Shown here in pieces: positions 1-9,381 of a stretch of 64,000 bases of DNA. This DNA is from a virus, in IMG/VR virus record IMGVR_UViG_3300029267_002747, positions 2,325 to 66,324 of that record, one strand, 5' to 3'. Position 1 is the stretch's first letter. Each line of letters starts with the position of its first letter. The notes beneath the pieces are model-generated. The model was not told the DNA's origin and searched no databases. It saw nothing but the letters and a program-made list of their open reading frames with translations. Position numbers and translations under genes: made by a program.

Positions 1-330
1 GGAGGAGTAGGTCGTTCTCAGGTTTTCCTTCTTTCTTTCCTGAGAGCCCATTCACACCTACTCCTCCAGAATTTTTCAATCCGACCCATACAATAGTGGT
101 TCGGTCAGGCAACCCACCAGCCTGGCGTTTTGGGCAATTTAATCACATATGTTAGGGCGTGAACGTGGAGGTGTCACCGATGAGCCTACTGGGGTGGAGG
201 ATAACCGCCTCCTTTCTCCTTTCAAGGATATGGTCTTAACAGCTTAGTGGCTCGACAGGCCCGCCGTATATTCTACTGATGAATAAAAAGGTAGACCCTT
301 ACATGACCCATTGATCGTCGGTATCGGCAA
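1..330 (+). ncRNA. candidate structured non-coding RNA or leader (possibly truncated at window edge)
   Basis: No ORF >=60 aa. Nested stems 1-12/56-67 and 16-22/39-45; further stems 81-89/96-104, 105-110/120-125, 176-183/315-322, 196-200/208-212, 217-220/225-228, 272-276/291-295. Several G-U pairs favour the + strand. Confidence 0.4.
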
Positions 331-371
331 ACTTCTCAAAATGATCTCAAATCTAAAAGAAAGGACTTATC

Positions 372-881
372 ATGGGTGTATACGACATCATTGAAGATAA
401 AGTAAACGACAGATCTGGCCAGGTAAAATTATGGGATTCTGATTTCTCAGAGTACACCATTGGAGACCTGGTGCCCTCGTTAATAGTAGGTGAGACCTAC
501 TCCATCGCTATGATGGAAGGAGGATTTGTCAACATCAAAGGACAGAAGATAGAATCCTGGACAAAGGAATCAATGTACTCCCCTGTGTTAAATAAATGGG
601 GTGGGCTATTCAATCCCTACGATGGCGGGTACTTTGATGATGACCCATACACTTTTCCGGACGACAAGAAAAACCCAGATCTCACAGTCATCAGACAACA
701 CATTACAACAATCAAGCTGAGGCTGTACCATGCTCTGCTGTTGCCGGAAAGTGTAGATCCTAATGACTTCTACACAGAAGGGGATCTGGAGATAATGGAG
801 GCTTTAATGAAAGACCCTGACGTAACGGGAGTCTTCCATAAGGCATTTGAAAAAGAAAAGAAAGGAGACAGTGATGAGTGA
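372..881 (+). CDS. hypothetical protein
   Basis: 169-aa ORF with AAGGA SD; overlaps the start of the next gene. Confidence 0.75.
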   Translation: MGVYDIIEDKVNDRSGQVKLWDSDFSEYTIGDLVPSLIVGETYSIAMMEGGFVNIKGQKIESWTKESMYSPVLNKWGGLFNPYDGGYFDDDPYTFPDDKKNPDLTVIRQHITTIKLRLYHALLLPESVDPNDFYTEGDLEIMEALMKDPDVTGVFHKAFEKEKKGDSDE

Positions 882-1302
882 AGTTTTCGTAGGCGACAGC
901 CTGGCTAAAGTGGATAAGGAGAGAGCTCGTGTGTGTGCTCTCCAAATGCAGGACACAATTTTGAAAGCCAGAGCTGAGTTTGAGCGAAAAGACATAGACG
1001 AATATATAGCGAAATACGAGAAAAGATCCAAATTTCTTGCCAAGTTCTGGTGGAAAAGAAAACCCCTATCCAGGGAAGAAGCTAAACGCCGAATTCTGAG
1101 GAAAGAGTTTGCGTGGATAGCAACATACAATTGGCACTCAGCGTATTCAAAACAAATGAGGATATGCAAAAATGTTGCTCGTCTGTGCAGCAACACCTCA
1201 GAAGATTATGTGTATCTCTCCGGCAGTGATGCCGCAGCTATAGACCTGGAACCACTCAAGGCACCACCCGAAAAAGAAGAAACTGAAGGGAATGTGGCAT
1301 AA
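874..1302 (+). CDS. hypothetical protein
   Basis: ORF 847..1302; ATG 874 preferred because it follows AAGGAGA and is coupled to the upstream stop. Confidence 0.7.
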   Translation: MSEVFVGDSLAKVDKERARVCALQMQDTILKARAEFERKDIDEYIAKYEKRSKFLAKFWWKRKPLSREEAKRRILRKEFAWIATYNWHSAYSKQMRICKNVARLCSNTSEDYVYLSGSDAAAIDLEPLKAPPEKEETEGNVA

Positions 1303-1312
1303 TATTGTGATG
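1282..1312 (+). promoter_or_regulatory. putative promoter with extended -10-like TGGCATAAT
   Basis: ACTGAAG-N3-ATGTGGCATAATA; a near-identical copy lies at 43274-43303, also upstream of + strand genes. Confidence 0.55.
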
Positions 1313-1364
1313 CTGGATATTTTACGTCTCGATTAAAAATATTAAAAAAGGAAGGAAGGATGGC

Positions 1365-2213
1365 ATGCGCCGTTTGGAACATTCGGCCCCGCAGTATCTC
1401 GATAATTATGAGAAAGGTGGGGAGGTGCAAAACCTAATAAAGGGCTTTGCTCAAATTTGTTTTTTCAGTGATGTCTATAGTGCGCCCGCATGGCTCACAC
1501 TAGACAGGGAAACAATCCTCCAGATCCAGGAGTACAAAAAGACAATGGATCAGTTAAAACAATTGCCGGTTCGCAGATTGCCAAAACTCGCTCAAAGCCC
1601 GAGGAATCTCAGGATAGCGACAAGAAACAATATGTTCAGGGTAGCCGAGGTGTGTAGTAATAATGTGACCGCCATTCTGGCATATCACATCAAATACATT
1701 GAACACACAGTCTCTGAGAAGGAGGCCAGGAGAGTTCTTGAATTGATCTGTGCTGTCGCTAACACTTTCGGGTACCCTAGAAGTGTAGACCCTGAAAAGG
1801 ACCAATGTCTAAAGTTATCGCATATGCAGATATCAAGACATTTTCGGAGATTGCGAGATAAAAAGGGACGATTGGTCTCGCTTCCCGAATGTTGTTTTAT
1901 CTGGGCCCGAAAGGACCAGTGGATCGGCCAAGCGGACGAAGAGGTACTTAAATTCCTAAAGGTACCTGACTTCAACATTCTCAAAGAGCACAGTAGTCTA
2001 ATAAACGATGTAGATCCTCGAAATTTAAGTATTCAGGACTTAGTGTCAACTTTAGACGCTTGTGCTGACAATGATGGGCTAGAAGCCACATACTTTTGTA
2101 CCGGCGGCATCAAGCATGCCGCCATGTTGTGGTCTTATCTGAATGCGACAAAGCATATGTCAGATAGGACCGCGTTTAACAATCTTCTCATTGAACGAAG
2201 CTCCCGTTGCTAA
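1365..2213 (+). CDS. hypothetical protein
   Basis: 282-aa ORF with purine-rich SD (AAGGAAGGA), followed by a hairpin. Confidence 0.75.
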   Translation: MRRLEHSAPQYLDNYEKGGEVQNLIKGFAQICFFSDVYSAPAWLTLDRETILQIQEYKKTMDQLKQLPVRRLPKLAQSPRNLRIATRNNMFRVAEVCSNNVTAILAYHIKYIEHTVSEKEARRVLELICAVANTFGYPRSVDPEKDQCLKLSHMQISRHFRRLRDKKGRLVSLPECCFIWARKDQWIGQADEEVLKFLKVPDFNILKEHSSLINDVDPRNLSIQDLVSTLDACADNDGLEATYFCTGGIKHAAMLWSYLNATKHMSDRTAFNNLLIERSSRC

Positions 2214-2224
2214 TGTTTGTTCGA

Positions 2225-2260
2225 CTATAGGCCTAACTACTTTTGTGGTTAGGCCTACAG
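2225..2260 (+). terminator. stem-loop, probable terminator or processing site
   Basis: TAGGCCTAACTAC-TTTT-GTGGTTAGGCCTA right after a stop codon, followed by T-rich sequence. Confidence 0.6.
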
Positions 2261-2310
2261 ATTACTTATTCCTTTTTACTGCAAATCAATATTAAACGAG
2301 ACGTATTAAA

Positions 2311-2823
2311 ATGAGACCTATAATTAAATACAGACGGGAAGATGGACTCCCCAGATTTCTTGTGTCCGATTGGCTTAAACTTCCCGGGGTGCTAGCTTTA
2401 TTGAAAGAGAGACTACATGTCACTCCGGATATTTACTTTGATTCCGAAAATCACCCGGATTGGTTAGGGCACAGACCAATCAAAATTTACTATGGAACAG
2501 TAAGCGAAGATGATTCCGAATTTTTCGCCTGCACCTCTGACGGTAGGCCTTTTGTTACAGATTGGGATATCCAAGATATCCTGGGTAACGAGGTAGTTTG
2601 GGATGTTAAATGGCGCATAAAAAATCTGCCATCTAATATGCAACAAACAGAAAATTGGGCTTTCCAATCTGGCAACCAAACAGAATGCCTCATATACGCT
2701 CCGTATCGATTAGGTCTCCGAGAGGATACGGAAAATTGTGTTAAAAAGTTAAAGTCAATAGCAGATTGGGTACCAGAAGGCAAAGGCACTTGGACCTCTG
2801 ACGGTTATTGGGTGGTTCGCTAA
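2311..2823 (+). CDS. hypothetical protein
   Basis: 170-aa ORF filling the gap between two hairpins. Confidence 0.7.
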   Translation: MRPIIKYRREDGLPRFLVSDWLKLPGVLALLKERLHVTPDIYFDSENHPDWLGHRPIKIYYGTVSEDDSEFFACTSDGRPFVTDWDIQDILGNEVVWDVKWRIKNLPSNMQQTENWAFQSGNQTECLIYAPYRLGLREDTENCVKKLKSIADWVPEGKGTWTSDGYWVVR

Positions 2824-2887
2824 AAAGCACAGAATGAACAGTGTTGTGGTGTTTGTAACCACACACTAGAATTAAGGATTTTCATAC

Positions 2888-4072
2888 ATGAAGAAAAAGA
2901 AAATGCCAACAACAAAAAAGAAGACTACAAGGAAGAAGAAGGCTTCAGCTAAGAAGACTTCAGCCGCAACTACAACTGACAACACCGAAGACCTCAGCAG
3001 ACTTGAGCCTGCAAAGGATCAGAAGATATTAAAATGTAAGAAGTGTGGTGAAGTCTTTACTGTTCACAAGACCCAGCCCAACAGAAGGGTTTGCCCAATC
3101 GAGGGATGTGGTGGTGTTGCACATCGCTTCGACATCGAAGCCCGAATCGAAAATGTTGAAGTGGCCTTGGATGAAAGCAAGCTGTCTTACAGGGTCAAGA
3201 AGTATGACCGGGGCATCATCACTCCGGAGCTGGACGAGAACTTCTACGTGAGCCGGGAAAACCAAGACCTTATGGCAGTCGTGGAATCGTTGTCCCACGC
3301 CAACCCAGTCAACATCCAATTGGTCGGTCCGCAGGGATGTGGTAAGACTGAATTTGCAGTATGGTTCGCTGCCAAATACGACAGAAGACTTCTCATCCTG
3401 AACTGCGCCAGTGTGCGTGAACCTCGAGACTGGTTTGGCTTCAAGGATGCCAGCGAAGGCTCGATTTACTGGCACAGAGCTGACTTTGTTCGCGCTCTTG
3501 AAGAAGATCGCTGCGTCATCCTCTTTGATGAATTCAATAGGGTGCATACTTCAATTCACAACACGCTCTATGGAATCCTGGATTCCCGGCGTGCGACTTG
3601 GATTGAAGAAGTCGGCGAGCATCTCACGGTAGCGGACCAGGTAGTGTTCTTTGCTAGCTGCAATGAGGGCATCACCCACCACGGTACCTTCCAAACCGAT
3701 TCTGCTATGGGTGACCGCTGGGGTATCCGTATTGATGTAGACTTCTTGCCAGACAAGAAGGAAGCAGAAGTACTTATTAAGAAAACCGGGATCGACAAGG
3801 ACTTGGCTTACAAGCTGTGTAAGCTTGCCAAGGCTATCAGAAGAAAGGCTGATGAAGGCCATTCAACTGATGACATCCGAACCGCTGTCTCTACCAGGCA
3901 GTTGCTAACCACATGCCAGCTTTCACGGCAGATGATTGCGTCTGGAGTAGAGCCCCTCCAGGCTGTGAAGAAGTCTCTCGAGTATACAGTTGTTCCGTTC
4001 TACTCCAAGGCGGGTAAGAGGGACAGTGCTCAGGCTCAGATTCTCCAAATGATTCAGGGCGCTATAGTCTAA
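2888..4072 (+). CDS. MoxR/CbbQ/CobS-like AAA+ ATPase with N-terminal Lys-rich tail and Zn ribbon
   Basis: Walker A GPQGCGKT, Walker B ILFDEFNR, arginine-finger region AMGDRW, sensor-2 STRQL; CKKC...CPIEGC; adjacent vWA gene. Confidence 0.9.
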   Translation: MKKKKMPTTKKKTTRKKKASAKKTSAATTTDNTEDLSRLEPAKDQKILKCKKCGEVFTVHKTQPNRRVCPIEGCGGVAHRFDIEARIENVEVALDESKLSYRVKKYDRGIITPELDENFYVSRENQDLMAVVESLSHANPVNIQLVGPQGCGKTEFAVWFAAKYDRRLLILNCASVREPRDWFGFKDASEGSIYWHRADFVRALEEDRCVILFDEFNRVHTSIHNTLYGILDSRRATWIEEVGEHLTVADQVVFFASCNEGITHHGTFQTDSAMGDRWGIRIDVDFLPDKKEAEVLIKKTGIDKDLAYKLCKLAKAIRRKADEGHSTDDIRTAVSTRQLLTTCQLSRQMIASGVEPLQAVKKSLEYTVVPFYSKAGKRDSAQAQILQMIQGAIV

Positions 4073-4082
4073 AGGAGCCATC

Positions 4083-6437
4083 ATGGCCAAATTCTTCAAA
4101 GGAAAAAATAAGAAGGCAGAAATGCCTGATTATGAATTAAAAGACGGCGTCCTTAAGGGTGTGAAGGTAGAACATGCCGAAAGGTTAATGTCTACCTACC
4201 AAACCATTTTCTTCGACAAAGAAGGTCATCCCTTAGATCTCAGTAAACCCGGAACCAAGGTTTATAATCTTAGGGGTGACCCAGTGTCACCGTACGCCGC
4301 AAGCCTTATCTTCGATGCAGAAGGTAACGAAATAATGGAGTATGATGCATACTTCAATGAAGACGGGGACCTGGTCAACCAAAACTTCAAAGGTGTGATT
4401 TACGATGAAAGAGGTACGAAAATCGCAGACAGCATCGATGATGCGGATGCTGAGTACGAAATCGTAAACGATTGGGGTGACGGGTATGGTGAATATTACA
4501 CACCACCCAAGCCAAAGAAAAAGTATGGCGGGCTTTATGGGTCTCCTAGTAGCTATAATAGTATTTTCAACAACAGCTATGATAGCTCCAAAGGTTCGTT
4601 AACATCCTCTGTGTTCAGTAAATTCGGTAATTATGGGTATAGCTCATATTCATATATGGGCGGGAAATCCAGTATGTCGAAAGATCAGTGGCGGTATAAA
4701 GCAGCTCTGAATTCCGTAGCAAGATCTGCCAATATTGTTGATTCAGGGGAGAAAGGTAAAGACCAGCATTTCCAGGTTAAATGGTCAAGTGGTGAGGACT
4801 ACAACCAAATTAAAGGGAATACCGTATTCCTCAGCCCTGATGTGATAAATGAAGACACAACACTCAAGCCTGACTGGACGAATATCGATGAGAAAGATCC
4901 TGACGGAAAATACATCGACGTATTGACTGGTCAAGCCATGATTGAATCCTGTGTCAAAAGAACAGCTGACCCCGAGGCTGAACAATTGGTGAATGACGAG
5001 GCCAAGGATGCGCTTCTTAAAATGAAGCAAAAGCTGTGGTATGCATCGGAAACGATGCATGCGCAGGATAAAATCCTGGAAGATTGGCCTGGATTCCGTA
5101 ACTATTTCGCCACTAAAACTGAGTACTACACAGATACAGATTGTCATAAGAAGACTCAGGAAATTCTTGATGAGTCAGTCAAAGATGGTGGTTCTGCGGA
5201 AGCGGCGCTTCAAGCGTTACTCTGGCAAATGATCCACCCGGATGAAGCCCTGGAGATTCCCGAAATTTATGAGGAAGCTCTAAATGAAGCTGCTGAGCGT
5301 ATTGGGGATGCTGACACCTCGATGGATCGAGCCAAAGCGACACAAGAAATCATTAAAGATTTCGCAACGCGATGGGTCGTGAAAGAGGAAGAGGAAGAAA
5401 GTGATGAAGGCGGAGGAGAGGGTTCCGGATCGGAAATGCCGAACCCTGGGCTGGACCGAAATCAAATGACAGGAAAAGCTGATAATTCCACAGATGAAGA
5501 TCTGGGGAAACAGTCAGCGAGTTCTGAAGATCCAGAAGAGGATGGCGACCCTAGCGGCATCCCTGGCTGCGCCCAAGGGGATGAGCATCCTGAAGGGTTC
5601 AAGGATCGACAAATAACCGATAAGGACTTAGCCGAATACAGGAGGATTGTAAAAGAACAGGCTCCATTCATCCGAGCCCTTAAGGATTCTATTAAACTAA
5701 AGAATGAACGCGCCTCTCTGGTCGAGCGAGGGCTGCGGTCCGGAACCCTGGATGAAGGTTCGGTCTTCAAACTAGGATTCTATCATTGTGGTTATGAGGA
5801 TAACCGCATATTTGAATACGAGGATATCATAGACAAGCCTAAAATGGCGTTCGGTATTCTCGTAGATGAATCTGGCTCCATGAGTGGCTGTGGTCACACA
5901 AGCTCTCGAGAGCCGAAGTACATGGTGGTTAGGAAACTAGCGATCACAATTGCCAATGCCTTCAATGAAATTGATGGCGTAGATATGTGTGTCGTGGGAC
6001 ACACTACCGGTGGCTACAGTGACAGACTTCTGTTAAACCATTATTACACACCCAACGGAAGAAATTTGGAAGGCTTGGCTACTATAAGTGCCTATTCTTC
6101 TAATCTCGACGGTTGGGCGATGGACCGCACCCTGCGGTTCATGGAAAATTGGTTTGCAGATTACGATAACTCTATGCTTATCCATATCCATGACGGGTAT
6201 CCGTGTGGACATGGCTATGGTGGGATGGATGCAAAAGCACATATGCTCAAAGTCTGCCGAGACTACAGAGCCAAAGGTGTGGAAGTTATAGGCATCGGTG
6301 TTGATGCCGGCTTCGACAGGGAAAACGGAAATTCCATGTACGGCCCAAATAAGTGGGCGTGCATTGATTCTCCGAAAACTGTTGGAGTTATCTCCACATT
6401 AATCACGAAAGCTGTGCAATCTGCTTGCATGGTTTAG
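4083..6437 (+). CDS. CobT-like von Willebrand A (MIDAS) domain protein
   Basis: C-terminal ILVDESGSMS MIDAS motif, HIHDG, GVEVIGIG; acidic linker; RSGTLD motif; directly follows the AAA+ ATPase. Confidence 0.88.
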   Translation: MAKFFKGKNKKAEMPDYELKDGVLKGVKVEHAERLMSTYQTIFFDKEGHPLDLSKPGTKVYNLRGDPVSPYAASLIFDAEGNEIMEYDAYFNEDGDLVNQNFKGVIYDERGTKIADSIDDADAEYEIVNDWGDGYGEYYTPPKPKKKYGGLYGSPSSYNSIFNNSYDSSKGSLTSSVFSKFGNYGYSSYSYMGGKSSMSKDQWRYKAALNSVARSANIVDSGEKGKDQHFQVKWSSGEDYNQIKGNTVFLSPDVINEDTTLKPDWTNIDEKDPDGKYIDVLTGQAMIESCVKRTADPEAEQLVNDEAKDALLKMKQKLWYASETMHAQDKILEDWPGFRNYFATKTEYYTDTDCHKKTQEILDESVKDGGSAEAALQALLWQMIHPDEALEIPEIYEEALNEAAERIGDADTSMDRAKATQEIIKDFATRWVVKEEEEESDEGGGEGSGSEMPNPGLDRNQMTGKADNSTDEDLGKQSASSEDPEEDGDPSGIPGCAQGDEHPEGFKDRQITDKDLAEYRRIVKEQAPFIRALKDSIKLKNERASLVERGLRSGTLDEGSVFKLGFYHCGYEDNRIFEYEDIIDKPKMAFGILVDESGSMSGCGHTSSREPKYMVVRKLAITIANAFNEIDGVDMCVVGHTTGGYSDRLLLNHYYTPNGRNLEGLATISAYSSNLDGWAMDRTLRFMENWFADYDNSMLIHIHDGYPCGHGYGGMDAKAHMLKVCRDYRAKGVEVIGIGVDAGFDRENGNSMYGPNKWACIDSPKTVGVISTLITKAVQSACMV

Positions 6438-6445
6438 AATTTCGA

Positions 6446-6484
6446 AAAAGGGGTTTCTTGGTGCAATGCTGAGAAGCCTCTTTT
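6446..6484 (+). terminator. intrinsic terminator
   Basis: AAAAGGGGTTTCT...AGAAGCCTCTTTT stem followed by TCTCCTT. Confidence 0.65.
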
Positions 6485-6510
6485 CTCCTTACTCCCTAAC
6501 GAGGATCCAT

Positions 6511-7446
6511 ATGAGAAAACGTGCGAAACGTAAAGCCGCAAAGAAAACGGCTACAACACAAACATCTACACGGCCTAAGAGGATTAGGAGAACCCGTAAA
6601 GATACCGAACCTTACGCAGCGGTAGAACTTATAGACCCCGAGACTGCGATAGATTATCTCGGTATGAACAAAAACAACCGACAAGTTTCCAAGAAGGCTG
6701 TAAAGTTCTTCGCCCAACTGATGAAGGATGGGAAATGGGAACTCAATCATCAAGGGATAGCCTTTGATGTGGCTGGTCGGTTGATTGATGGCCAACATAG
6801 ATTGGAGGCCATTGTCGAAGCTGAGATATCTGTAGAAATGTACGTGTGGCGGGATTTGCCTACCCATACATTCGCTACAATTGACAGCGGCGCGGTACGT
6901 AGGGCAGATCACCTATTACATATCCAAGGTGGCACTTACACTTCCCAAGCTTCTGCGATATCTCGGTCTGCCATTGCGGGACATCAAGGGTACCACGGTC
7001 GGTGGTTTGTAAGAGATGTGGCGGATTTCGCCATAAAACACAACGACTTAGTGCAAGAAGTAATTGCAACGTTGTACAAATCCGGCCCGGCCCGGGACGC
7101 ATATAATGCCAGAGTATCTGGAGCTTTCTTGAAGGCTCTCCTGCATTGTCAGACGGAAAACTTGCCGAAGGCATATGCAGCTATTTATGAAGGCATGGAG
7201 AGATTCGGATCTGGATTGTTTTCCGACCCAGACGATCCGATGAAAAGATTGAGAGACCTGATATTGCGGAACAAAAAGTCCAAGGGTAGGAAACTACAAG
7301 ATCAGGCCTTGTGGAATTACACAATGGCCGCACTTGTAGCTACTGCTACGGGCAAAAAGATGAAACGCTTAATAACAAGCGATTCATTGGTCAACTCGTT
7401 CCCGATAGATGGGTTAATCAAGAACATCACAGGAAGAGTTCATTAG
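6511..7446 (+). CDS. ParB/Srx-like (DGQHR motif) protein with basic N-tail
   Basis: NxxNR...LMKDGKW..NHQGIAFD...LIDGQHRLEAI; start moved from 6466 (inside the terminator) to ATG 6511 after GAGG. Confidence 0.78.
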   Translation: MRKRAKRKAAKKTATTQTSTRPKRIRRTRKDTEPYAAVELIDPETAIDYLGMNKNNRQVSKKAVKFFAQLMKDGKWELNHQGIAFDVAGRLIDGQHRLEAIVEAEISVEMYVWRDLPTHTFATIDSGAVRRADHLLHIQGGTYTSQASAISRSAIAGHQGYHGRWFVRDVADFAIKHNDLVQEVIATLYKSGPARDAYNARVSGAFLKALLHCQTENLPKAYAAIYEGMERFGSGLFSDPDDPMKRLRDLILRNKKSKGRKLQDQALWNYTMAALVATATGKKMKRLITSDSLVNSFPIDGLIKNITGRVH

Positions 7447-7473
7447 AAAATGAGCTCAATTATTAAACTTTAT

Positions 7474-7666
7474 TAAGAGAAAGGATCCACAAGTTTTGTA
7501 ATGCAAACGAAATGCGAACTGTTCCGGCATCTAGTAGGTCTCGTGCCAATGAATCGAGTCTGGTTAGAGCCCAGCTCTCTTCAACGGTCTACCCCGAAAT
7601 ATGGACCGCCAGCTCTCCAAAGTAGTTATTGCAATACAAAATCTTTGTGGATCCTCTTTTCTCTTA
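7474..7666 (+). ncRNA. candidate ~190-nt structured RNA closed by a long imperfect stem
   Basis: 7474-7506 pairs with 7629-7666 (about 30 bp with bulges). Internal stems 7517-7523/7621-7627, 7526-7530/7543-7547, 7566-7570/7574-7578, 7585-7591/7602-7608. Confidence 0.55.
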
Positions 7667-7700
7667 TCTCATTCATGTTTTACCGCCAAAGGAGTTAAAC

Positions 7701-8702
7701 ATGGGATTACAAATAGCAGCTATACCCACCAAAAATTATGATAAACGTCGAGAGATCTGTCGATGGGAGATCTCTTATGACAGATACGATATAGAAGACG
7801 CCAAAGAAGCTGTAAACACTATTTTTGATTTGGTTGATTTACACAAATATTTACAGGCTCGTTACCCAAAAAATCGTGTTGAAACAGACCCGAGCAATGA
7901 ATCTGTGGTTGTTTACATGAGGCCAGAGGAAAAGCCAGACCCGGAAAAATTGGCCCTGGACTTAGTGGACTCCTCGGAAACAACCACAAAAGATCTGTTG
8001 GCTGTACGGTATCACATCAAGAAATTTTCCACTTTAATAGCGGTTGTGAAAAAATATATCGAACTTGAACCAAATGGTGCATATCCTGCCAACATATACA
8101 GACTGACAGATGTGTCAGAGGATGAATTTGGGAACAAACTTTCCACATACTCGGTCGCCAGACGCAAATACCTGCAAAGAGTCTTTGCTAAAGACGGATA
8201 TTTCTTGAACCTTAACACCCATCACATATCGAAAAATGCGTCAAAGGCGAAAGCTGCAATGACTCGCCAAGGTTACGGACCAAAGAAAAAGTCCAAACCC
8301 CGAAAAGACAGAATAACGAAAATCAAGAAATATGCTTTGTGGTCTTTAGCCTATATTATGAGACACCACATAAGAAAAGTTTTCGCGGATGAAGAATGGG
8401 GTTGGTTTATCCAAGTACATGATTTTGCGTCATCCACCCGAGTAGACCACATCTTATTGTATGCTGTGAAATGCTTTTCCATTCTGCACAAAATGGGAGA
8501 ACTCGGGCGATTAAGACGGGACTCTTCATACATAGATAAAGTTAAAGAAGTCCATAAAGCGAGGGAGTTCCTGAAGAATTGGAAAAATCGCAAAATGCCT
8601 ACCAAAAGTTCCTGGAATAAGTTCAAGCCGGAAGCATTCGATAAATTCCTCGAAATAATGGACAAAGAATACTCACTATTACCGGAGGAAACTACTAAAT
8701 GA
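7701..8702 (+). CDS. hypothetical basic protein
   Basis: ORF 7629..8702; ATG 7701 follows AAGGAG, while the TTG at 7629 lies inside the RNA stem. Confidence 0.75.
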   Translation: MGLQIAAIPTKNYDKRREICRWEISYDRYDIEDAKEAVNTIFDLVDLHKYLQARYPKNRVETDPSNESVVVYMRPEEKPDPEKLALDLVDSSETTTKDLLAVRYHIKKFSTLIAVVKKYIELEPNGAYPANIYRLTDVSEDEFGNKLSTYSVARRKYLQRVFAKDGYFLNLNTHHISKNASKAKAAMTRQGYGPKKKSKPRKDRITKIKKYALWSLAYIMRHHIRKVFADEEWGWFIQVHDFASSTRVDHILLYAVKCFSILHKMGELGRLRRDSSYIDKVKEVHKAREFLKNWKNRKMPTKSSWNKFKPEAFDKFLEIMDKEYSLLPEETTK

Positions 8703-9175
8703 AATATGATTTTGATGACCTCGTGGACGCCGCCAAGGCTGTCCAGAGAAAACGAACAGACAAAAGTAAGCTCAGTGCCTTAACTGAGCTTTACTTCCAC
8801 ATGAATATGGCAGCAGAAGAGCTCAAGAAAGCCAAGAAAGACCTGGCCCGGAAATCTGCCATCTTGCAAAGCGCTGAAGAAATCCTAAAAGGCGTCGCTA
8901 CGCCTATCATAGACAAAGACCCAGGCAAGAAGATCTGCATGGATGTGGATGCAGACATCGGAAAGATGGTCTTGTCAATGACAATTGAGTCTAATCCACC
9001 GCGTGTGGAGGTTTTGGTGGACCCCAAAGACTTACCGGATGAATACCGACGGGTTAAATACGAGGCAGATAAAATTGCTTTGAAGAAAGGGATAACTGCC
9101 GGGAAAGTGTCCCCCGAGCTGGCAAAAATCATCACAAGTAATACACATGTAAGGTTTTCATTGGGCATGCTATGA
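8699..9175 (+). CDS. Siphovirus Gp157-like protein
   Basis: N-terminal coiled coil and C-terminal LPDEYRRVKYEADKIALKKGITAG pattern. Confidence 0.6.
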   Translation: MKYDFDDLVDAAKAVQRKRTDKSKLSALTELYFHMNMAAEELKKAKKDLARKSAILQSAEEILKGVATPIIDKDPGKKICMDVDADIGKMVLSMTIESNPPRVEVLVDPKDLPDEYRRVKYEADKIALKKGITAGKVSPELAKIITSNTHVRFSLGML

Positions 9176-9381
9176 TCAAAATAACATACGAAGGGGAAAA
9201 ATACCGCGTAAGTTATTTCACCGCAGAGATAATGGTAGACCAAGTCGATGAAGGAATATCTCTGGACTTGGTCGCCTCAGCCCATCATCTCCCGAAACCG
9301 GTGGCTAAAATAGCTATACGTAAGTATCTATCCTCCCAAAAAGCTGTGAAGAAACGGAAGAATACTCATGGAGAAAGCTGA
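9172..9381 (+). CDS. small hypothetical protein
   Basis: 69-aa ORF with ATGA coupling to the upstream gene. Confidence 0.65.
   Translation: MIKITYEGEKYRVSYFTAEIMVDQVDEGISLDLVASAHHLPKPVAKIAIRKYLSSQKAVKKRKNTHGES

Noticed and set aside
1-67. AGGAGTAGGTC in the first hairpin matches the HNH/portal start repeat (possible antisense link)
   Set aside because: Only 11 nt, noticed post hoc and locked in a stem; chance is not excluded.
276-295. CTGATGA hammerhead-like core
   Set aside because: No stem II followed by GAAA, and no correctly placed cleavage triplet.
7474-7666. Retron msr-msd interpretation of the inverted-repeat-bounded RNA
   Set aside because: No reverse transcriptase gene in the window.
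7501-7698. 65-aa ORF in the track
   Set aside because: No SD, and it lies across the RNA stems; the structure explains the region better.
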